From an uncultured Holophaga sp. (lineage in GTDB: Bacteria > Acidobacteriota > Holophagae > Holophagales > Holophagaceae): a stretch of 64,000 nucleotides of DNA. The notes under the pieces were generated by a model. The model saw only the letters and a list, made by a program, of their open reading frames with translations, was not told the DNA's origin and did not search any database. The stretch spans positions 2,272,001 to 2,336,000 of the forward strand of contig OY761614.1 of the NCBI GenBank assembly GCA_963664825.1, given 5' to 3'. A program made the position numbers and the translations under genes. Positions 1 through 11,503 of the stretch are shown here, piece after piece (position 1 is the first letter of the stretch; every line of letters starts with the position of its first letter).

Positions 1-2
1 GC

Positions 3-1496
3 GGTCGCCTCGTTCTAATGGAACATCTGGATCAGTCCCGGGGCTTCGTGGCCCGGAAGGCGTACTTCGTGGGAGAGGACACCCTGGGACGCCTCTGGGT
101 GGGCACCTCCCAGGGGGCGGCCCTCTTCGATGGCAGCCGCTTTCACTACTTTGGTGTGGCCGATGGCCTGCCCGGAGAGGACTGCAATGGCACCGGCTTC
201 CTGGCTGAACCCGGTGGGAATGTGTGGGTGGGGACCCTGGGTGGACTGGCTCGCTTTCACCAGGAATTGTTCGAAGGTTCCCCCAAGCCACCCACATCCT
301 TCGTGCTTTCGGTGGAGTGCGGGAATCGCCGCCTGGAGGCTCCCTTCCTGGATGGCATAAAAATCCCCCGACAGGACGCCAATGTCGAATTCCGTTTCAC
401 GGGACTCACCTACCTCTACGAGACGCGGGTGCTGCACCAGATCCGCCTCGTGGGCCTGGAGAACGCCTGGAGGAACACCGATATCCGTCAGGCCCGGTAT
501 ACCCGCCTGGCTCCCGGCACGTACCGTTTCGAAGTGCGGGCGGGCTTTGGCGACGGGGTCTGGGGCCCGGTGGCGGGATTTTCCTTCGAGGTGCTCCCCG
601 CCTGGTACCAGACTTGGTGGTGTCGGACACTGGCGATATTTGGCCTGTTGGGCCTTGTCGCCGCGGTCGTGCGGGGGCGCATGAAGGCGCTCGAACATCG
701 GAATCGTGAGCTGGAGAGCATGGTGGAAGTGCGGACCCACGCCTTGGCGAAAGCCAACGAGACCCTGCAACAACTCACCGTCACCGATCCCCTCACGGGC
801 CTCAAGAACCGGCGCTTCCTGGACCTCACCATCCAGGACGATCTGGCCGTGGTGCATCGGGACTACCAGACCATCAGCCGTGGCCAGGTGGATCGCATGC
901 CGGTCAATGTGGACATGGTCTTCCTCATGGTGGACCTGGATCACTTCAAACTCGTCAACGACACCTATGGCCATGCGGCCGGGGATCTCATGCTCCAGCA
1001 GGTGCGCGATCGCCTCCTGGAAGCCGTGCGCGATTCCGATACGGTGGTCCGCTGGGGTGGCGAGGAATTCCTGGTGGTGACCCGGCACACGGACCGGGCC
1101 CAGGGGAATTTCATCGCCTCCAGGATCCTGGAACTCATCAGGTCCCGCCCCTTCGATCTGGGCAACGGCGTGAAGATCCACAAGACCTGTTCCCTGGGCT
1201 ACTGTCCCTATCCCATGGCCCCGAAACATCCCGATGCCCTCCCGTGGCAGCGGATGGTGGAGGTGGCCGATCGCTGTCTGTATGCCGCGAAATTGAGCGG
1301 GCGGGATGGCTGGGTCGGCTTCCAGGGGGAATGCACCCAGCCTGATTCGGTGATCGAATTCCTGGATTCCGCCGAGACCGTCTGCCCCGATCACTGCCAA
1401 GTGCTCACCAGCTTCCCGGATGCTTCCAAGCTCTGTTGGCATGAGCCGGCCAGGGACCGACCTTCAGAATCAGATGGGGATCTTTCAAACGAATAA
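3..1496 (+). CDS. Membrane-anchored diguanylate cyclase (beta-propeller/Y_Y_Y sensor, TM helix, GGDEF); 5' end lies outside the window
   Basis: Frame is open from base 3 (GRLVLMEHLD). Propeller repeats (GRLWVGT, GNVWVGT), Y_Y_Y-like segment (YTRLAPGTYRFEV), TM after PAWYQTWW, DLDHFKLVNDTYGH and RWGGEEF motifs. Confidence 0.9.
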   Translation, partial: GRLVLMEHLDQSRGFVARKAYFVGEDTLGRLWVGTSQGAALFDGSRFHYFGVADGLPGEDCNGTGFLAEPGGNVWVGTLGGLARFHQELFEGSPKPPTSFVLSVECGNRRLEAPFLDGIKIPRQDANVEFRFTGLTYLYETRVLHQIRLVGLENAWRNTDIRQARYTRLAPGTYRFEVRAGFGDGVWGPVAGFSFEVLPAWYQTWWCRTLAIFGLLGLVAAVVRGRMKALEHRNRELESMVEVRTHALAKANETLQQLTVTDPLTGLKNRRFLDLTIQDDLAVVHRDYQTISRGQVDRMPVNVDMVFLMVDLDHFKLVNDTYGHAAGDLMLQQVRDRLLEAVRDSDTVVRWGGEEFLVVTRHTDRAQGNFIASRILELIRSRPFDLGNGVKIHKTCSLGYCPYPMAPKHPDALPWQRMVEVADRCLYAAKLSGRDGWVGFQGECTQPDSVIEFLDSAETVCPDHCQVLTSFPDASKLCWHEPARDRPSESDGDLSNE

Positions 1497-1498
1497 AT

Positions 1499-1686
1499 TC
1501 ACCACGGAGGCACAGAGCACACTGAGAAAAGCGGGTGGAGAAGCCCGCGGCGATTCAGGATTATCTACCATGAAAGAGGGGACCGCCCGCTCACTAAAGC
1601 TCGCTCTGTGTCCCCCCTTTGATCCCCACGTGGTGTCCAGGCGAAGCCCGGACACCACGTCTGTGTCCTTCGAGTCCTCGTGGTGA
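1499..1686. repeat. Short inverted-repeat (MITE/REP-like) element between convergent genes
   Basis: TCACCACGGAGGCACAGAGCACAC at 1499 and its imperfect reverse complement GTGTCCTTCGAGTCCTCGTGGTGA ending at 1686; the same end motif occurs at 14699 and 50087. Confidence 0.65.
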
Positions 1687-1690
1687 GGTT

Positions 1691-4600
1691 TCATCTGCTG
1701 GCGCGCAGCCTGGCCCATCTCAGCCTCAGTCGATCCATGTAGAGGTAGATCACGGGGGTCGTGTAAAGCGTCAGGAGCTGGCTGAAGAGCAGTCCACCCA
1801 CGATGGCGATGCCCAGGGGGCGGCGCATCTCGGCGCCTGTGCCCATGCCGATGGCCAGGGGGAGGCCGCCCAGCATGGCGGCCATGGTGGTCATGGTGAT
1901 GGGGCGAAAGCGCAGCAGGCAGGCCTGGAAGATGGCCTCTTCTGGTGTGCTGCCTTCATGTCGTTCCACTTCGATGGCGAAATCGATCATGAGGATGGCG
2001 TTCTTCTTCACGATGCCGATGAGCAGGATGATGCCGATGAAGGCGATGACGGTCAGCTCCGTCCGGCAGGCCAGCAGGGCCAGCAGGGCCCCGACTCCCG
2101 CCGAGGGCAGGGTGGAGATGATGGTGAGGGGGTGGATCAGGCTTTCGTAGAGCACGCCTAGCACGATGTAGACCGCCAGAATCGCGGCCAGCACGAGCAG
2201 CGGCTGGTTGGATAGGGAGGACTTGAAGGCCTGGGCGGTGCCCATGTAGGTTCCCCGGATGCTGCCGGGCAGGCGGATTTCCTCCTGGGCGTGATCGATG
2301 GCCTTGACGGCGTCCCCCAGGGCCGCGCCCGGGGGCAGGTTGAAGGAGATGGTGACGGAGGGGGCCTGGCCCTGGTGGTTCACGGAGAGGGGCGTGTTCC
2401 TTCGTTGGAAGGACGTGAAGGCGCTCAAGGGGACCAGGCTGTCCTGGGTGGAGTGGACATAGATGTGATTCAGGCCCTCGGGGGTCTGCCAGAATTCCGG
2501 GTCCACCCCCAGGACCACGTGGTACTGGTTGAGGGGCGTGTAGAGGGTCGATACGAAGCGCTGGCCAAACGCATCGTAGAGCGTGTTATCGATCATCTGG
2601 GCCGTGACGCCCAGCCGGGATGCGGTCTCCCGGTCGATCACCAGGTTGGCCTCGAGGCCCTTGTTCTGGAGATCCGTGTTGACGTCGGCCAGCTCCTTCA
2701 AGGTCCGGAGCTTCTGGAGCACCCGCGGGGCCCATTCGAGGAGCTCCCGAGTGTCGTCGGCCTGGAGGGTGTATTGGAACTGGGCCGCGCCTCCGCGCCC
2801 TCCGATCCGGAGATCCTGCACGGACTGGAGGATGAGCGTGGCGCCGGGGATATGGGCCGTCTGCTTGCGGATCCGCGCGATGACCTGATCGGCATTGGCG
2901 TCCCGCTGTTCCTTGGGCTTGAGAGCGATGTTCATGCCGCCGGTGTTGCCGCTGCCGATGCGGGCCGTGACCGCCTCCACGGCGGGGTCGGCCTGGACGA
3001 TATCAGCGAACTGGTTCATCAGCCGTTCCATACCCTTGAAGGAGATATCCTGTTCCGCCTTGATGTTCCCGCTGACCCGTCCCGTGTCCTGCTGGGGGAA
3101 GAAACCCTTGGGGATGAAGATATAGAGGGCCACAGTGGCGGCCATGGTCCCCAGGGCCACTCCCAGCGTCAGGCGCTGGTGCCTGAGGACCCAGGCGAGG
3201 GAATGTTCGTACTGGTGCAGGATCCATTGGAAAACGCGCTCACTGGCCTGGAAGGCCCTTCCGTGCTTTTCCTTGTTCTGGGGGCGCAGCAGGCGCGAAC
3301 ACATCATGGGCGTCGTGGTCAGGGAGATGACCATGGAGATCAGGATGGCCACCGAAAGCGTGACAGCGAATTCCCGGAAGAGCCGTCCCACGATGCCCCC
3401 CATGAGCAAAATCGGGATGAAGACCGCAATGAGGGAGATGCTGATGGAGACTACCGTGAAGCCGATCTCCTGGGCGCCGTGGAGAGCCGCTTCCATGGGC
3501 TCCATGCCATGTTCGAGGTGGCGGGTGATGTTCTCCACCACCACGATGGCGTCGTCAACCACGAAGCCCGTGGCGACCGTGAGGGCCATGAGCGACAGGT
3601 TATCGATGGTGTAGCCCAGGAGGTACATGGCGCCGAAGGTGCCGATGAGGGAAATGGGTACCGCGACGCTGGGGATCAGCGTGGAGCGCCAGCTCCGCAG
3701 GAAGAGGAACACCACCAGGATCACCAGGGCAATGGAGATCAGCATGGCGGTCTGGACATCGGTGACCGAGGCGCGGACGGTGCGCGTGGCGTCGATCATC
3801 ACCTGAAGATCCATGGTGGGCGGCAGGGAGGCCTTCAGATCCGGGAGGATGGCCTTGATCCGGTCCACGGTCTCGATCATGTTCGCGCCGGGCTGTCGGA
3901 AGATGACCACCTGGATGGCCGGGGATCCGTTCGTGGTGCCGGCGCTGAAGACGTTTTCCACGGAGTCCGAGACCTTGGCCACGTCCTGGAGATGTAGGGC
4001 GGCGCCTGCCTTGAAGGAGAGGATCAGGGGTTGGTAGTCCACCGCCTTCATCAACTGGTCGTTGGCGGCCAGGGACCATGTGGAGTGCGCGTCGGAGAGA
4101 TCCCCCTTGGGGCGGTTGATATTGGCATTGGCGATGGATTGACGCACATCCTCGAAGCCGAGGCCGCGGCTGTTCAAGGCGATGGGGTTCACGTCCACCC
4201 GCACGGCTGGAAGGGCGCCGCCCCAGACGAAGACCTGTCCGACCCCTGGGATCTGGGAGAGCTTCTGCTGGAGCACCGAGGAACCGATGTCGTACATCTT
4301 CTCCCGGGGCACGATCTTGGAGGTGAGGGCCAGGAGCAGGATGGGCGCGTCTGCGGGATTGACCTTGCGGTAGGAGGGGTTGTTGGGGAGGTTGGCGGGC
4401 AGGTTGCCGCGGGCTGCGTTGATGGCCGCCTGAATATCCCGGGCCGCCGCGTCGATATTCCGGTTGAGATCGAACTGGAGCGTGATGCTGGTGGACCCCA
4501 GGGTACTGGCCGAGGTCATCTCCGTGACTCCGGCGATGCGCCCGAACTGGCGCTCCAGGGGCGTGGCCACAGAAGAAGCCATGGTCTCCGGGCTCGCGCC

Positions 4601-4762
4601 GGGCAGTCCCGCCTGCACCTGGATGGTGGGGAATTCCACCTGGGGCAGCGGCGAGACCGGTAGGAACTGGTAGGCGATGGCCCCCAGCAGTGCCAGGGCC
4701 GCCGTCAGTAGCGTCGTGGCCACTGGGCGGCGGATGAAGGGGGCGGAGATGCCTGCGCTCAT
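1691..4762 (-). CDS. mdtC: Multidrug RND efflux permease, MdtC-type
   Basis: 1023 aa; [11 protein letters not shown] start, [28 protein letters not shown] and [14 protein letters not shown] motifs; second of two tandem permeases. Confidence 0.88.
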   Translation of the reverse strand: MSAGISAPFIRRPVATTLLTAALALLGAIAYQFLPVSPLPQVEFPTIQVQAGLPGASPETMASSVATPLERQFGRIAGVTEMTSASTLGSTSITLQFDLNRNIDAAARDIQAAINAARGNLPANLPNNPSYRKVNPADAPILLLALTSKIVPREKMYDIGSSVLQQKLSQIPGVGQVFVWGGALPAVRVDVNPIALNSRGLGFEDVRQSIANANINRPKGDLSDAHSTWSLAANDQLMKAVDYQPLILSFKAGAALHLQDVAKVSDSVENVFSAGTTNGSPAIQVVIFRQPGANMIETVDRIKAILPDLKASLPPTMDLQVMIDATRTVRASVTDVQTAMLISIALVILVVFLFLRSWRSTLIPSVAVPISLIGTFGAMYLLGYTIDNLSLMALTVATGFVVDDAIVVVENITRHLEHGMEPMEAALHGAQEIGFTVVSISISLIAVFIPILLMGGIVGRLFREFAVTLSVAILISMVISLTTTPMMCSRLLRPQNKEKHGRAFQASERVFQWILHQYEHSLAWVLRHQRLTLGVALGTMAATVALYIFIPKGFFPQQDTGRVSGNIKAEQDISFKGMERLMNQFADIVQADPAVEAVTARIGSGNTGGMNIALKPKEQRDANADQVIARIRKQTAHIPGATLILQSVQDLRIGGRGGAAQFQYTLQADDTRELLEWAPRVLQKLRTLKELADVNTDLQNKGLEANLVIDRETASRLGVTAQMIDNTLYDAFGQRFVSTLYTPLNQYHVVLGVDPEFWQTPEGLNHIYVHSTQDSLVPLSAFTSFQRRNTPLSVNHQGQAPSVTISFNLPPGAALGDAVKAIDHAQEEIRLPGSIRGTYMGTAQAFKSSLSNQPLLVLAAILAVYIVLGVLYESLIHPLTIISTLPSAGVGALLALLACRTELTVIAFIGIILLIGIVKKNAILMIDFAIEVERHEGSTPEEAIFQACLLRFRPITMTTMAAMLGGLPLAIGMGTGAEMRRPLGIAIVGGLLFSQLLTLYTTPVIYLYMDRLRLRWARLRASR

Positions 4763-7700
4763 TCGGGTTCAGCGGGATTGGCACCGCGGAGGCGGCGCGC
4801 GAGCCGATCGAAGGCCAGGTAGATGACGGGCGTCGTGTAGAGCGTCAAAACCTGGCTGAAGATCAGGCCTCCCACGATGGCGATGCCCAAGGGCCTCCGA
4901 AGTTCGGAGCCGACCCCCGTGCCTAGCGCCAGGGGCACGCCGCCCAGGAGGGCCGCCAGGGTCGTCATGATGATGGGGCGGAAGCGCAGGAGCGCCGCCC
5001 TGTAGATGGCCTGGGGGGGTGCCATGCCATCCTTGCGCTCGGCCTCCAGGGCGAAGTCGATCATCATGATGGCGTTCTTCTCCACGATGCCGATGAGCAG
5101 GATGATGCCGATGAGGGCGATGACGCTGAAGTCCGTGCGGCAGAGCATCAGGGATAGCAGGGCGCCCACCCCAGCCGAGGGGAGGGTGGAGAGGATCGTG
5201 ATGGGGTGGATGTAGCTCTCGTAGAGCACACCCAGCAGGATGTAGACCGTGAGGACTGCCGCCAGGATGAGCCAGGGGGTATTGGCCAGGGAGGCTCCGA
5301 AGGCCTGGGCCGTGCCTTGGAAGCCGGCCTTGAGGCTGGGGGGCATCTCGATATCTCGCTTGGTCCGGTCGATGACCTTCACGGCGTCTCCCAGGGAGAC
5401 GTTCGGCGCGAGGTTGAAGGAGACGGTGGCCGCCGGGAACTGGCCCTGGTGGTTGATGGCCAGGGGCGTATTCAGGATCTCCATGCGCGTGAAGGCGCTC
5501 AAGGGCACCGAGCCCCCGGAGGCCGAGCGCACGAAGATATTCTGCAGATCTTCGGGTCGCCGGTGAAGGCCCGGCGTGGCTTCCAGCACCACGTGATACT
5601 GGTTCAGTTGCGTGAACATCGTGGAAATCTGGCGCTGACCGAAGGCATCGTAGAGGGCGTCATCGAGCATCTGGGGGGTGATGCCCAGGCGGGAGGCCGT
5701 GCTGCGGTCCAGGATTAGCCGCACCTGGAGGCCTGCGTTCTGCTGATCGCTGGCCACGTCCCGCAGTTCCGGAAGATCCTGGAGCCGGGCCACGAAGCGG
5801 GGCACCCATTCGCCGAGCTCCTTGGCGTCGGCATCCTCCAGGGAGTACTGGTACTGGGTGCGACTCACCCGGTCCTCCACCGTGAGGTCCTGCACGGGCT
5901 GCATGAAGAGCTGGATGCTGCCCACCTTGGCGAGTTCGGGCCGGAGGCGCCGGATCACGTCGCTGGCGCTGAGACGGCGTTCATGAAGGGGCTTGAGGTT
6001 GATTTGGATGCGGCCGCTATTGAGGGTGGTATTGGTGCCATCGATCCCGATGAAGGAAGATAGGCTCGCCACGGCGGGGTCCTGGAGGATCACCCTGGTC
6101 AGGGTCTGTTGTCGTTCGGCCATGGTGGCAAAGGAGACGGTCTGGGGCGCTTCCGAGATACCCAGGATCACGCCCGTATCCTGTACGGGGAAAAATCCCT
6201 TGGCGATGACCAGGTAGAGCAGGACGGTAGAGGCCAGCGTGGCCACGGCCACCGCCAGGGTGGCCTTCTGGTGCTCCAGCACCCAGCTCAGCGTCCGCCC
6301 GTAGAAGGCGATGATGTCCTGGAAGACCTTTTCTGAGGCCTGGTAGAAGCGGCCCTGTTCGCTGGGCTTTTTGTGCTTAAGCAGCTTGGCGCACATCATG
6401 GGCGTCAGCGTCAGCGAGACCACGGCCGATACCAGGATCGTCACGCTGAGTGTGACGGCGAACTCCCGGAAGAGGCGGCCCACGATATCGCCCATGAAGA
6501 GCAGGGGAATGAGCACGGCGATCAGGGATACGGTGAGAGACAGGATGGTGAAGCCGATCTGCCCGGCGCCCTTGAGGGCCGCCTGGAGAGGCGGTTCTCC
6601 CTCCTCGATGTAGCGCATGATGTTTTCGATCATCACGATGGCATCGTCGACCACGAAGCCCGTGGAGATGGTGAGCGCCATGAGGGTCAGGTTGTTCAGG
6701 CTGTAGCCCAGCAGGTACATGACGCCGAAGGTCCCCACGATCGATAGGGGTACGGCCACGCTGGGGATGATGGTGGCCGCCAGCGTCCGCAGGAAGAGGA
6801 AGATCACCATCACCACGAGGGCGATGGTGAGCATCAGGGTGAACTCCACATCCTCCACCGAGGCTCGGATGGTGGTGGTGCGGTCCGTGAGAATGGAGAG
6901 TTCGACAGCAGATGGCAGGGAGGCGCGGAGTTGGGGGAGGAGATCCTTCACCCGGTCCACCACGGCGATGATATTGGCCCCAGGTTGGCGCTGGATATTG
7001 AGGATCACGGCGGGGGTCGTGTTCATCCAGGCCGCCTGCTTGGTGTTCTCCACATCGTCGACCACCGTGGCCACATCCGAAAGGGCGATGGGGGCGCCAT
7101 TCTTGTAGGCGACGATCAGGGGCTTGTACTGTTCGCTGGAGAGGAGCTGGTCGTTGGCTCCGATGGCATAGGCCTGCCGGGCGCCGTCGAAGCTGCCCTT
7201 GGCCTGGTTGACATTGGCCTGTGTGATGGAGGTGCGGACATCGGCCAGGGTGAGCCCGTAGGAAGAAAGGGCCGTGGGGTTCGCCTGGATGCGTACGGCG
7301 GGCTTCTGGCCGCCGCTGATGCTCACCAGGCCCACTCCCGGAAGCTGGCTGATCTTCTGGGCCAGGCGGGTATCGGCGAAGTCCTCCACCTTGGAGAGGG
7401 GCAGGGATTTGGACGTGAGGGCTAGGGTCAGGATCGGAGCGTCGGCGGGGTTGGTCTTGCTGTAGATCGGCGGGTTGGGGAGGTCCTTGGGCAGGTAGGT
7501 GCCCGCCGCGTTGACGGCGGCCTGCACCTGCTGCTCGGCCACGTCGATATTGAGGTCCAGCACGAACTGCAGGGTGATGATGGAGCTGCCGCCGGAGCTG
7601 GCCGAGGACATGCGGTTGAGGCCCGGCAGCTGTCCGAACTGGCGCTCCAGGGGGGCCGTGATGGCCGATGCGATGACATCGGGGCTGGCGCCGGGGTAGA

Positions 7701-7848
7701 AGGTGACGACCTGGATGGTGGGGTAGTCCACTTGGGGCAGGGCCGAGACGGGCAACTGGCGGAAGGCGATGGCGCCCACCAGCAGGAGGCCCGCCATCAG
7801 GAGCGAGGTCGCGATGGGGCGCAGGATGAAGGGACGGGAGAGGTTCAC
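4759..7848 (-). CDS. mdtB: Multidrug RND efflux permease, MdtB-type
   Basis: 1029 aa; [45 protein letters not shown]; 4-nt overlap with mdtC. Confidence 0.88.
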   Translation of the reverse strand: MNLSRPFILRPIATSLLMAGLLLVGAIAFRQLPVSALPQVDYPTIQVVTFYPGASPDVIASAITAPLERQFGQLPGLNRMSSASSGGSSIITLQFVLDLNIDVAEQQVQAAVNAAGTYLPKDLPNPPIYSKTNPADAPILTLALTSKSLPLSKVEDFADTRLAQKISQLPGVGLVSISGGQKPAVRIQANPTALSSYGLTLADVRTSITQANVNQAKGSFDGARQAYAIGANDQLLSSEQYKPLIVAYKNGAPIALSDVATVVDDVENTKQAAWMNTTPAVILNIQRQPGANIIAVVDRVKDLLPQLRASLPSAVELSILTDRTTTIRASVEDVEFTLMLTIALVVMVIFLFLRTLAATIIPSVAVPLSIVGTFGVMYLLGYSLNNLTLMALTISTGFVVDDAIVMIENIMRYIEEGEPPLQAALKGAGQIGFTILSLTVSLIAVLIPLLFMGDIVGRLFREFAVTLSVTILVSAVVSLTLTPMMCAKLLKHKKPSEQGRFYQASEKVFQDIIAFYGRTLSWVLEHQKATLAVAVATLASTVLLYLVIAKGFFPVQDTGVILGISEAPQTVSFATMAERQQTLTRVILQDPAVASLSSFIGIDGTNTTLNSGRIQINLKPLHERRLSASDVIRRLRPELAKVGSIQLFMQPVQDLTVEDRVSRTQYQYSLEDADAKELGEWVPRFVARLQDLPELRDVASDQQNAGLQVRLILDRSTASRLGITPQMLDDALYDAFGQRQISTMFTQLNQYHVVLEATPGLHRRPEDLQNIFVRSASGGSVPLSAFTRMEILNTPLAINHQGQFPAATVSFNLAPNVSLGDAVKVIDRTKRDIEMPPSLKAGFQGTAQAFGASLANTPWLILAAVLTVYILLGVLYESYIHPITILSTLPSAGVGALLSLMLCRTDFSVIALIGIILLIGIVEKNAIMMIDFALEAERKDGMAPPQAIYRAALLRFRPIIMTTLAALLGGVPLALGTGVGSELRRPLGIAIVGGLIFSQVLTLYTTPVIYLAFDRLARRLRGANPAEPE

Positions 7849-8096
7849 GCGGCACTTCCTGTGCCGCGCCCCTTCGGGGCTGTGCTTCGCACGGTGGCCC
7901 TCCGCTCCTGCTGCGCGCTCACGGCAGCACTTCCTGTGCCGCGCCCCTTCGGGGCCGTGCTTCGCACGGTGGCCCTCCGCTCCTGCTCCGGGCTCACGCG
8001 ATCGCTTCCTGTGCGCCGCCCTCCCGACCGCCGTGCGCCGTCGGGACCCGGCGAGGAGGGAATCACATGGAGCCTCTGCTCCTGCTGCGCGCTCAC
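7845..8096 (-). repeat. Three tandem GTGA-bounded repeat units (74, 75 and 99 nt) forming an 83-aa linker ORF between mdtA and mdtB
   Basis: TCAC occurs at 7845, 7919, 7994 and 8093. Units 1 and 2 are near-identical (CACTTCCTGTGCCGCGCCCCTTCGGGGC...CTCCGCTCCTGCT); unit 3 shares both ends with a different middle. Confidence 0.85.
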
Positions 8097-9301
8097 CGCT
8101 TGCCCTTTTTGGCCCCCTCCGCCTTCGGCAGAGTCACCTTGGCGCCGGGGCGAAGTTTCTCGAGGCCATCGGTGGCCACGATCTCTCCTGGGGTGATGCC
8201 GCTGCGAATGGCTGTGCTATCGCCATCCGTGGCCTGCACTTCCACGAGACGCATCTCCACGGTGCCATCGGCCTTCACCACGTAGGCGAAGGTGCCCTGG
8301 GGGCTCTGCTGGATGGCCGCGGTGGGGATGATCGTCACGCCCACCAGGGTGTCCACCCGCAGCCGCGCATTGACGAACTGATTGGGGAAGAGGGCGCCGT
8401 TTTCGTTGGAGAAGAGGGCCTTGAGGCGGACGGTGCCCGTGGAGGCATCCACCTGGTTATCGATGGCCTGCATGGAGCCCGCCGCCAGGCGCGTCTTCAT
8501 GTCCCGGTCGAAGGCCTCTACGGAGAGCGGCTTACCCTTTAGGCTCCGGGAGAGGACCTTCTGGATACTATCGGCGGGGATTGTGAAGACGACATTGATG
8601 GGCTGGACCGGGGCGATGACGGCGAGCCCCGTGGCGTCGCTGGCGTGCACCATGTTGCCCAGGTCCACCAGCCGGAGTCCCACCTTGCCGGCGATGGGGG
8701 CCGTGATGTGGCTGTAGGTGAGATTGAGCTTGGCGCTCTCCACCGAGGCCCGGTCGGCCTTGATAGTGGCCTCGGATTGGTTGACGGCGGTGATCTGGGC
8801 ATCCAGTTGTTGTTTGGAGAGGATGCCCTGCTGGGCGAGGCTCTTGAAGCGCTCGAGATCCATGGCCGCGTTCTTCAGGGTCGCCTGGTCCTTGGCCATC
8901 TGGCCTTCGGCCTGCATGAGCTGGACTTTGAAGGGGCGGGGGTCGATCTCGACCAGGAGCTCACCTTGGCGCACGAACTGGCCTTCCTGGAAGGCGATGC
9001 GGATGATCTGGCCATCCACGCGGCTCTTCACGGTCACGGTATTGAGGGCCGTCACCGTGCCGAGTCCCGTGAGCGTGACGGGCATATCGCCCTTCTGCGC
9101 CGTGGCGGCCACGATGGGGATGGCCCGGGCCGAGGGGTCCGGCCCCTTGGGGGCGCGGTTGGTCAGGGCACGAAACGTGAAATAACCGATCACCAGCAGG
9201 GCCGCTCCCGCCCAGATCCATCCGAAACGCCTGGGTTTGGGCTCCTGTTCCCTTTCCAGGATCGGATTCAAGGTTTCGGGGGCGTCGCTATCTGATGTCA
9301 T
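8093..9301 (-). CDS. mdtA: RND membrane fusion protein, MdtA-type
   Basis: N-terminal [52 protein letters not shown] at 9301 has an AGGGA RBS; the ORF is open to TTG 9331. Confidence 0.88.
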   Translation of the reverse strand: MTSDSDAPETLNPILEREQEPKPRRFGWIWAGAALLVIGYFTFRALTNRAPKGPDPSARAIPIVAATAQKGDMPVTLTGLGTVTALNTVTVKSRVDGQIIRIAFQEGQFVRQGELLVEIDPRPFKVQLMQAEGQMAKDQATLKNAAMDLERFKSLAQQGILSKQQLDAQITAVNQSEATIKADRASVESAKLNLTYSHITAPIAGKVGLRLVDLGNMVHASDATGLAVIAPVQPINVVFTIPADSIQKVLSRSLKGKPLSVEAFDRDMKTRLAAGSMQAIDNQVDASTGTVRLKALFSNENGALFPNQFVNARLRVDTLVGVTIIPTAAIQQSPQGTFAYVVKADGTVEMRLVEVQATDGDSTAIRSGITPGEIVATDGLEKLRPGAKVTLPKAEGAKKGKR

Positions 9302-9702
9302 GGGGGTTCCCTGATGCGGTTTCGCGTTCAAAAGAACAGATCCACCAGTGGAGAGGGAGTCGCCACGTGGATGGCGCCACCTGCCAGGAGGGTGCCTACT
9401 GCTCCGAGTCCGATCCCGAGATTGTGTTTCATGGCCACACCTCAGCGTCCAAAGAACCAGCGTAGGACTCTACCTTGCCATACGATGGAGTTGGAGACCA
9501 CAGGCCATGGGAGCCGAGCCTCGAACTGCGGAATTCAGGGGATGAACGGCAAAGAGCCCAGGAAGGATGCGCCACCCTGCGCTCCACTGGGTTTACATGG
9601 CCTCCCTGGTGCCGCAGCCATGCCTCCTCAACACAAAAGCACCCCGCGCACGCGGCTGGGGATTTCATCTTGAATGCATCCAGGTGTGGTGGTTTCCGGG
9701 GG

Positions 9703-10218
9703 TCAATCGGGTTCGAAATCCAGATGCCGAGAGCTGCTCTTCCGGGGGGGGAGTCCGGCATTCATGCCCGAAAGGTTATGCAGGAGTTTCCCGAGAACTT
9801 GGCGGAAGACATCCTTCTCCTCGGTATCGAGGTCCTGCTCCATCCGCTGCCGGAAGGTCTCGGCGGCCATAAACAGGGTTTCGGAGAAGGCGAGGCCCTC
9901 GGCGCAGATGCCCACCCGGATGCGCCGCCCGTGGGTGGGGTCCGGCTGGATCTCCAGGATATGCCGCAGCTCCAGGCTATGGACCAGGCGAGAGGTGGTG
10001 GGGTGATCAAGCCACATCCGGCGGGCGAGTTCCGTGAGGGAGAGGGGACCGGTCTTCCGGATCAGCAGGACCATCCAGGTCTGATGGGGCGTCAGATCCA
10101 GGGGCTCGAGGAGGGGAGCGATGGCGTGTTTGACGGCCCTCCGAGCCGCGCTCACCAGCATGCTGAGTTCGGATTCTGCGAAGCCGGGGAGCGTTTCGGA
10201 ATCTCTCATGGCACCCAT
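9703..10218 (-). CDS. MarR-family transcriptional regulator
   Basis: LDLTPHQ...LSLTELARRMWLDHPTTSRLVHSLE...DPTHGRR winged-helix pattern; upstream of mdtABC; exact start uncertain. Confidence 0.85.
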   Translation of the reverse strand: MGAMRDSETLPGFAESELSMLVSAARRAVKHAIAPLLEPLDLTPHQTWMVLLIRKTGPLSLTELARRMWLDHPTTSRLVHSLELRHILEIQPDPTHGRRIRVGICAEGLAFSETLFMAAETFRQRMEQDLDTEEKDVFRQVLGKLLHNLSGMNAGLPPRKSSSRHLDFEPD

Positions 10219-10258
10219 CTTAACCTTAGGAAGCCTCGTGATGCGGGGCAAATGAGGT

Positions 10259-11503
10259 TCAGGCTCGCAGCCGGGCGGGCACCTCCTCCAGGGGCCATTC
10301 CTCCTGTGTGCCCGTTTGAAGGTTTTTTGCGGCCACGATGCCCTTCTCCAGTTCTCCGTCTCCCAGGATCAAGGCGAAGCGCACGCCCTGGCGGTTGGCC
10401 GAGGTGAGGGCCTTCTTGAGATTGACGCCTCGGGTCTCCAACTGGATGGCCAGACCCTGGTCCCACCAGGACCGGGCCAGGGCCAGGGCCTTGAGGGAGG
10501 CCGTCTCGCCCAGGGGGATGAACAGGGCGGGGCAATCCTGGGGCGCGTCCCCGTGGAGCTGTTGCATGAGCATGGTCAGGCGGTCCAGGCCGATGGCCCA
10601 CCCGAAGGCGGGCACCTCGGGGCCGCCCAGGTGCTTCACCAGCCCGTCGTAGCGCCCCCCACCCAGCAGCGCCGACTGGGCTCCCAGATCGCTGGAGAGC
10701 ACTTCGAAGGCCGTGCGGGTGTAGTAGTCCAGCCCCCGCACCAGCCTGGGGTTCTCCTGGAAGGGCACATCCAGGGCCTCGAGGAGTTCCTTGAGGCGCG
10801 CGTGATGGTGTTTGGAGGCCTCATCCAGGAAATCCGTGATGATGGGGTGGCCTTCCAGGGCCTCCTGGCATCCGGGCACCTTGCAGTCCAGGACCCGCAA
10901 GGGGTTGGTCTCGATGCGCCGGTGGCAGTCCTCGCAGAAGCGCTCCTGGCGGGCCTGGAAGAAGGAACGGATGGCTTCATGGAAGGCCGGGCGGCACTGG
11001 GGTGTGCCCACGGAATTGATGGAGAGGCTCAGATGTTGGAGCCCCAGTTCCCGCAGGAAGGCAAAGAGCATCATCAGGCTCTCGGCCTCACTCTCGGGGC
11101 TGGCTACGCCGAAGCTCTCGGCGCCTATTTGCCAGAATTGCCGGTAGCGCCCGGCCTGCATGCGCTCGTAGCGGAACATCGGGCCGATGTAGTAGAGGAG
11201 CCGGGGGTCGCTATTGACCAGGAGCTTGTGCTGGATCATGGCCCGCACAACACCGGCCGTATTCTCCGGGCGCATCACCACGTGGCGGCCGCCCTTGTCG
11301 GTGAACTCGTACATCTCCTTGTTCACGATGTCCGAGCTCTCCCCCACGCTGCGCTTGAAGACCTCCAACTCTTCCAGGATGGGTGTGCGGATCTCCTCAT
11401 AGCCATGGCGCGAGAAGACGCGCCTCGCGGTATCCTCGATCCGCTGGAACCACCTCACCTCGTTGCCGAAAAGGTCTCGCGTGCCTTTGACTGCCTGTGC
11501 CAT
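10259..11503 (-). CDS. hisS: Histidine--tRNA ligase
   Basis: VKGTRD, RPENTAGVVR, FRYERMQAGRYRQF, LVRGLDYYTRT, GGGRYDGL motifs. Confidence 0.97.
   Translation of the reverse strand: MAQAVKGTRDLFGNEVRWFQRIEDTARRVFSRHGYEEIRTPILEELEVFKRSVGESSDIVNKEMYEFTDKGGRHVVMRPENTAGVVRAMIQHKLLVNSDPRLLYYIGPMFRYERMQAGRYRQFWQIGAESFGVASPESEAESLMMLFAFLRELGLQHLSLSINSVGTPQCRPAFHEAIRSFFQARQERFCEDCHRRIETNPLRVLDCKVPGCQEALEGHPIITDFLDEASKHHHARLKELLEALDVPFQENPRLVRGLDYYTRTAFEVLSSDLGAQSALLGGGRYDGLVKHLGGPEVPAFGWAIGLDRLTMLMQQLHGDAPQDCPALFIPLGETASLKALALARSWWDQGLAIQLETRGVNLKKALTSANRQGVRFALILGDGELEKGIVAAKNLQTGTQEEWPLEEVPARLRA

Noticed and set aside
7845..8096. Possible CRISPR array or real 83-aa functional protein
   Set aside because: Units are whole tandem duplicates without unique spacers; the peptide is simply the translated repeat, so it is reported as a repeat element.
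9332..9702. Small ORF or riboswitch between marR and mdtA (e.g. 28-aa minus-strand ORF from ATG 9621 with GAGGAGG)
   Set aside because: The peptide has no recognisable features and I could not identify a known RNA motif or clear MarR palindrome.
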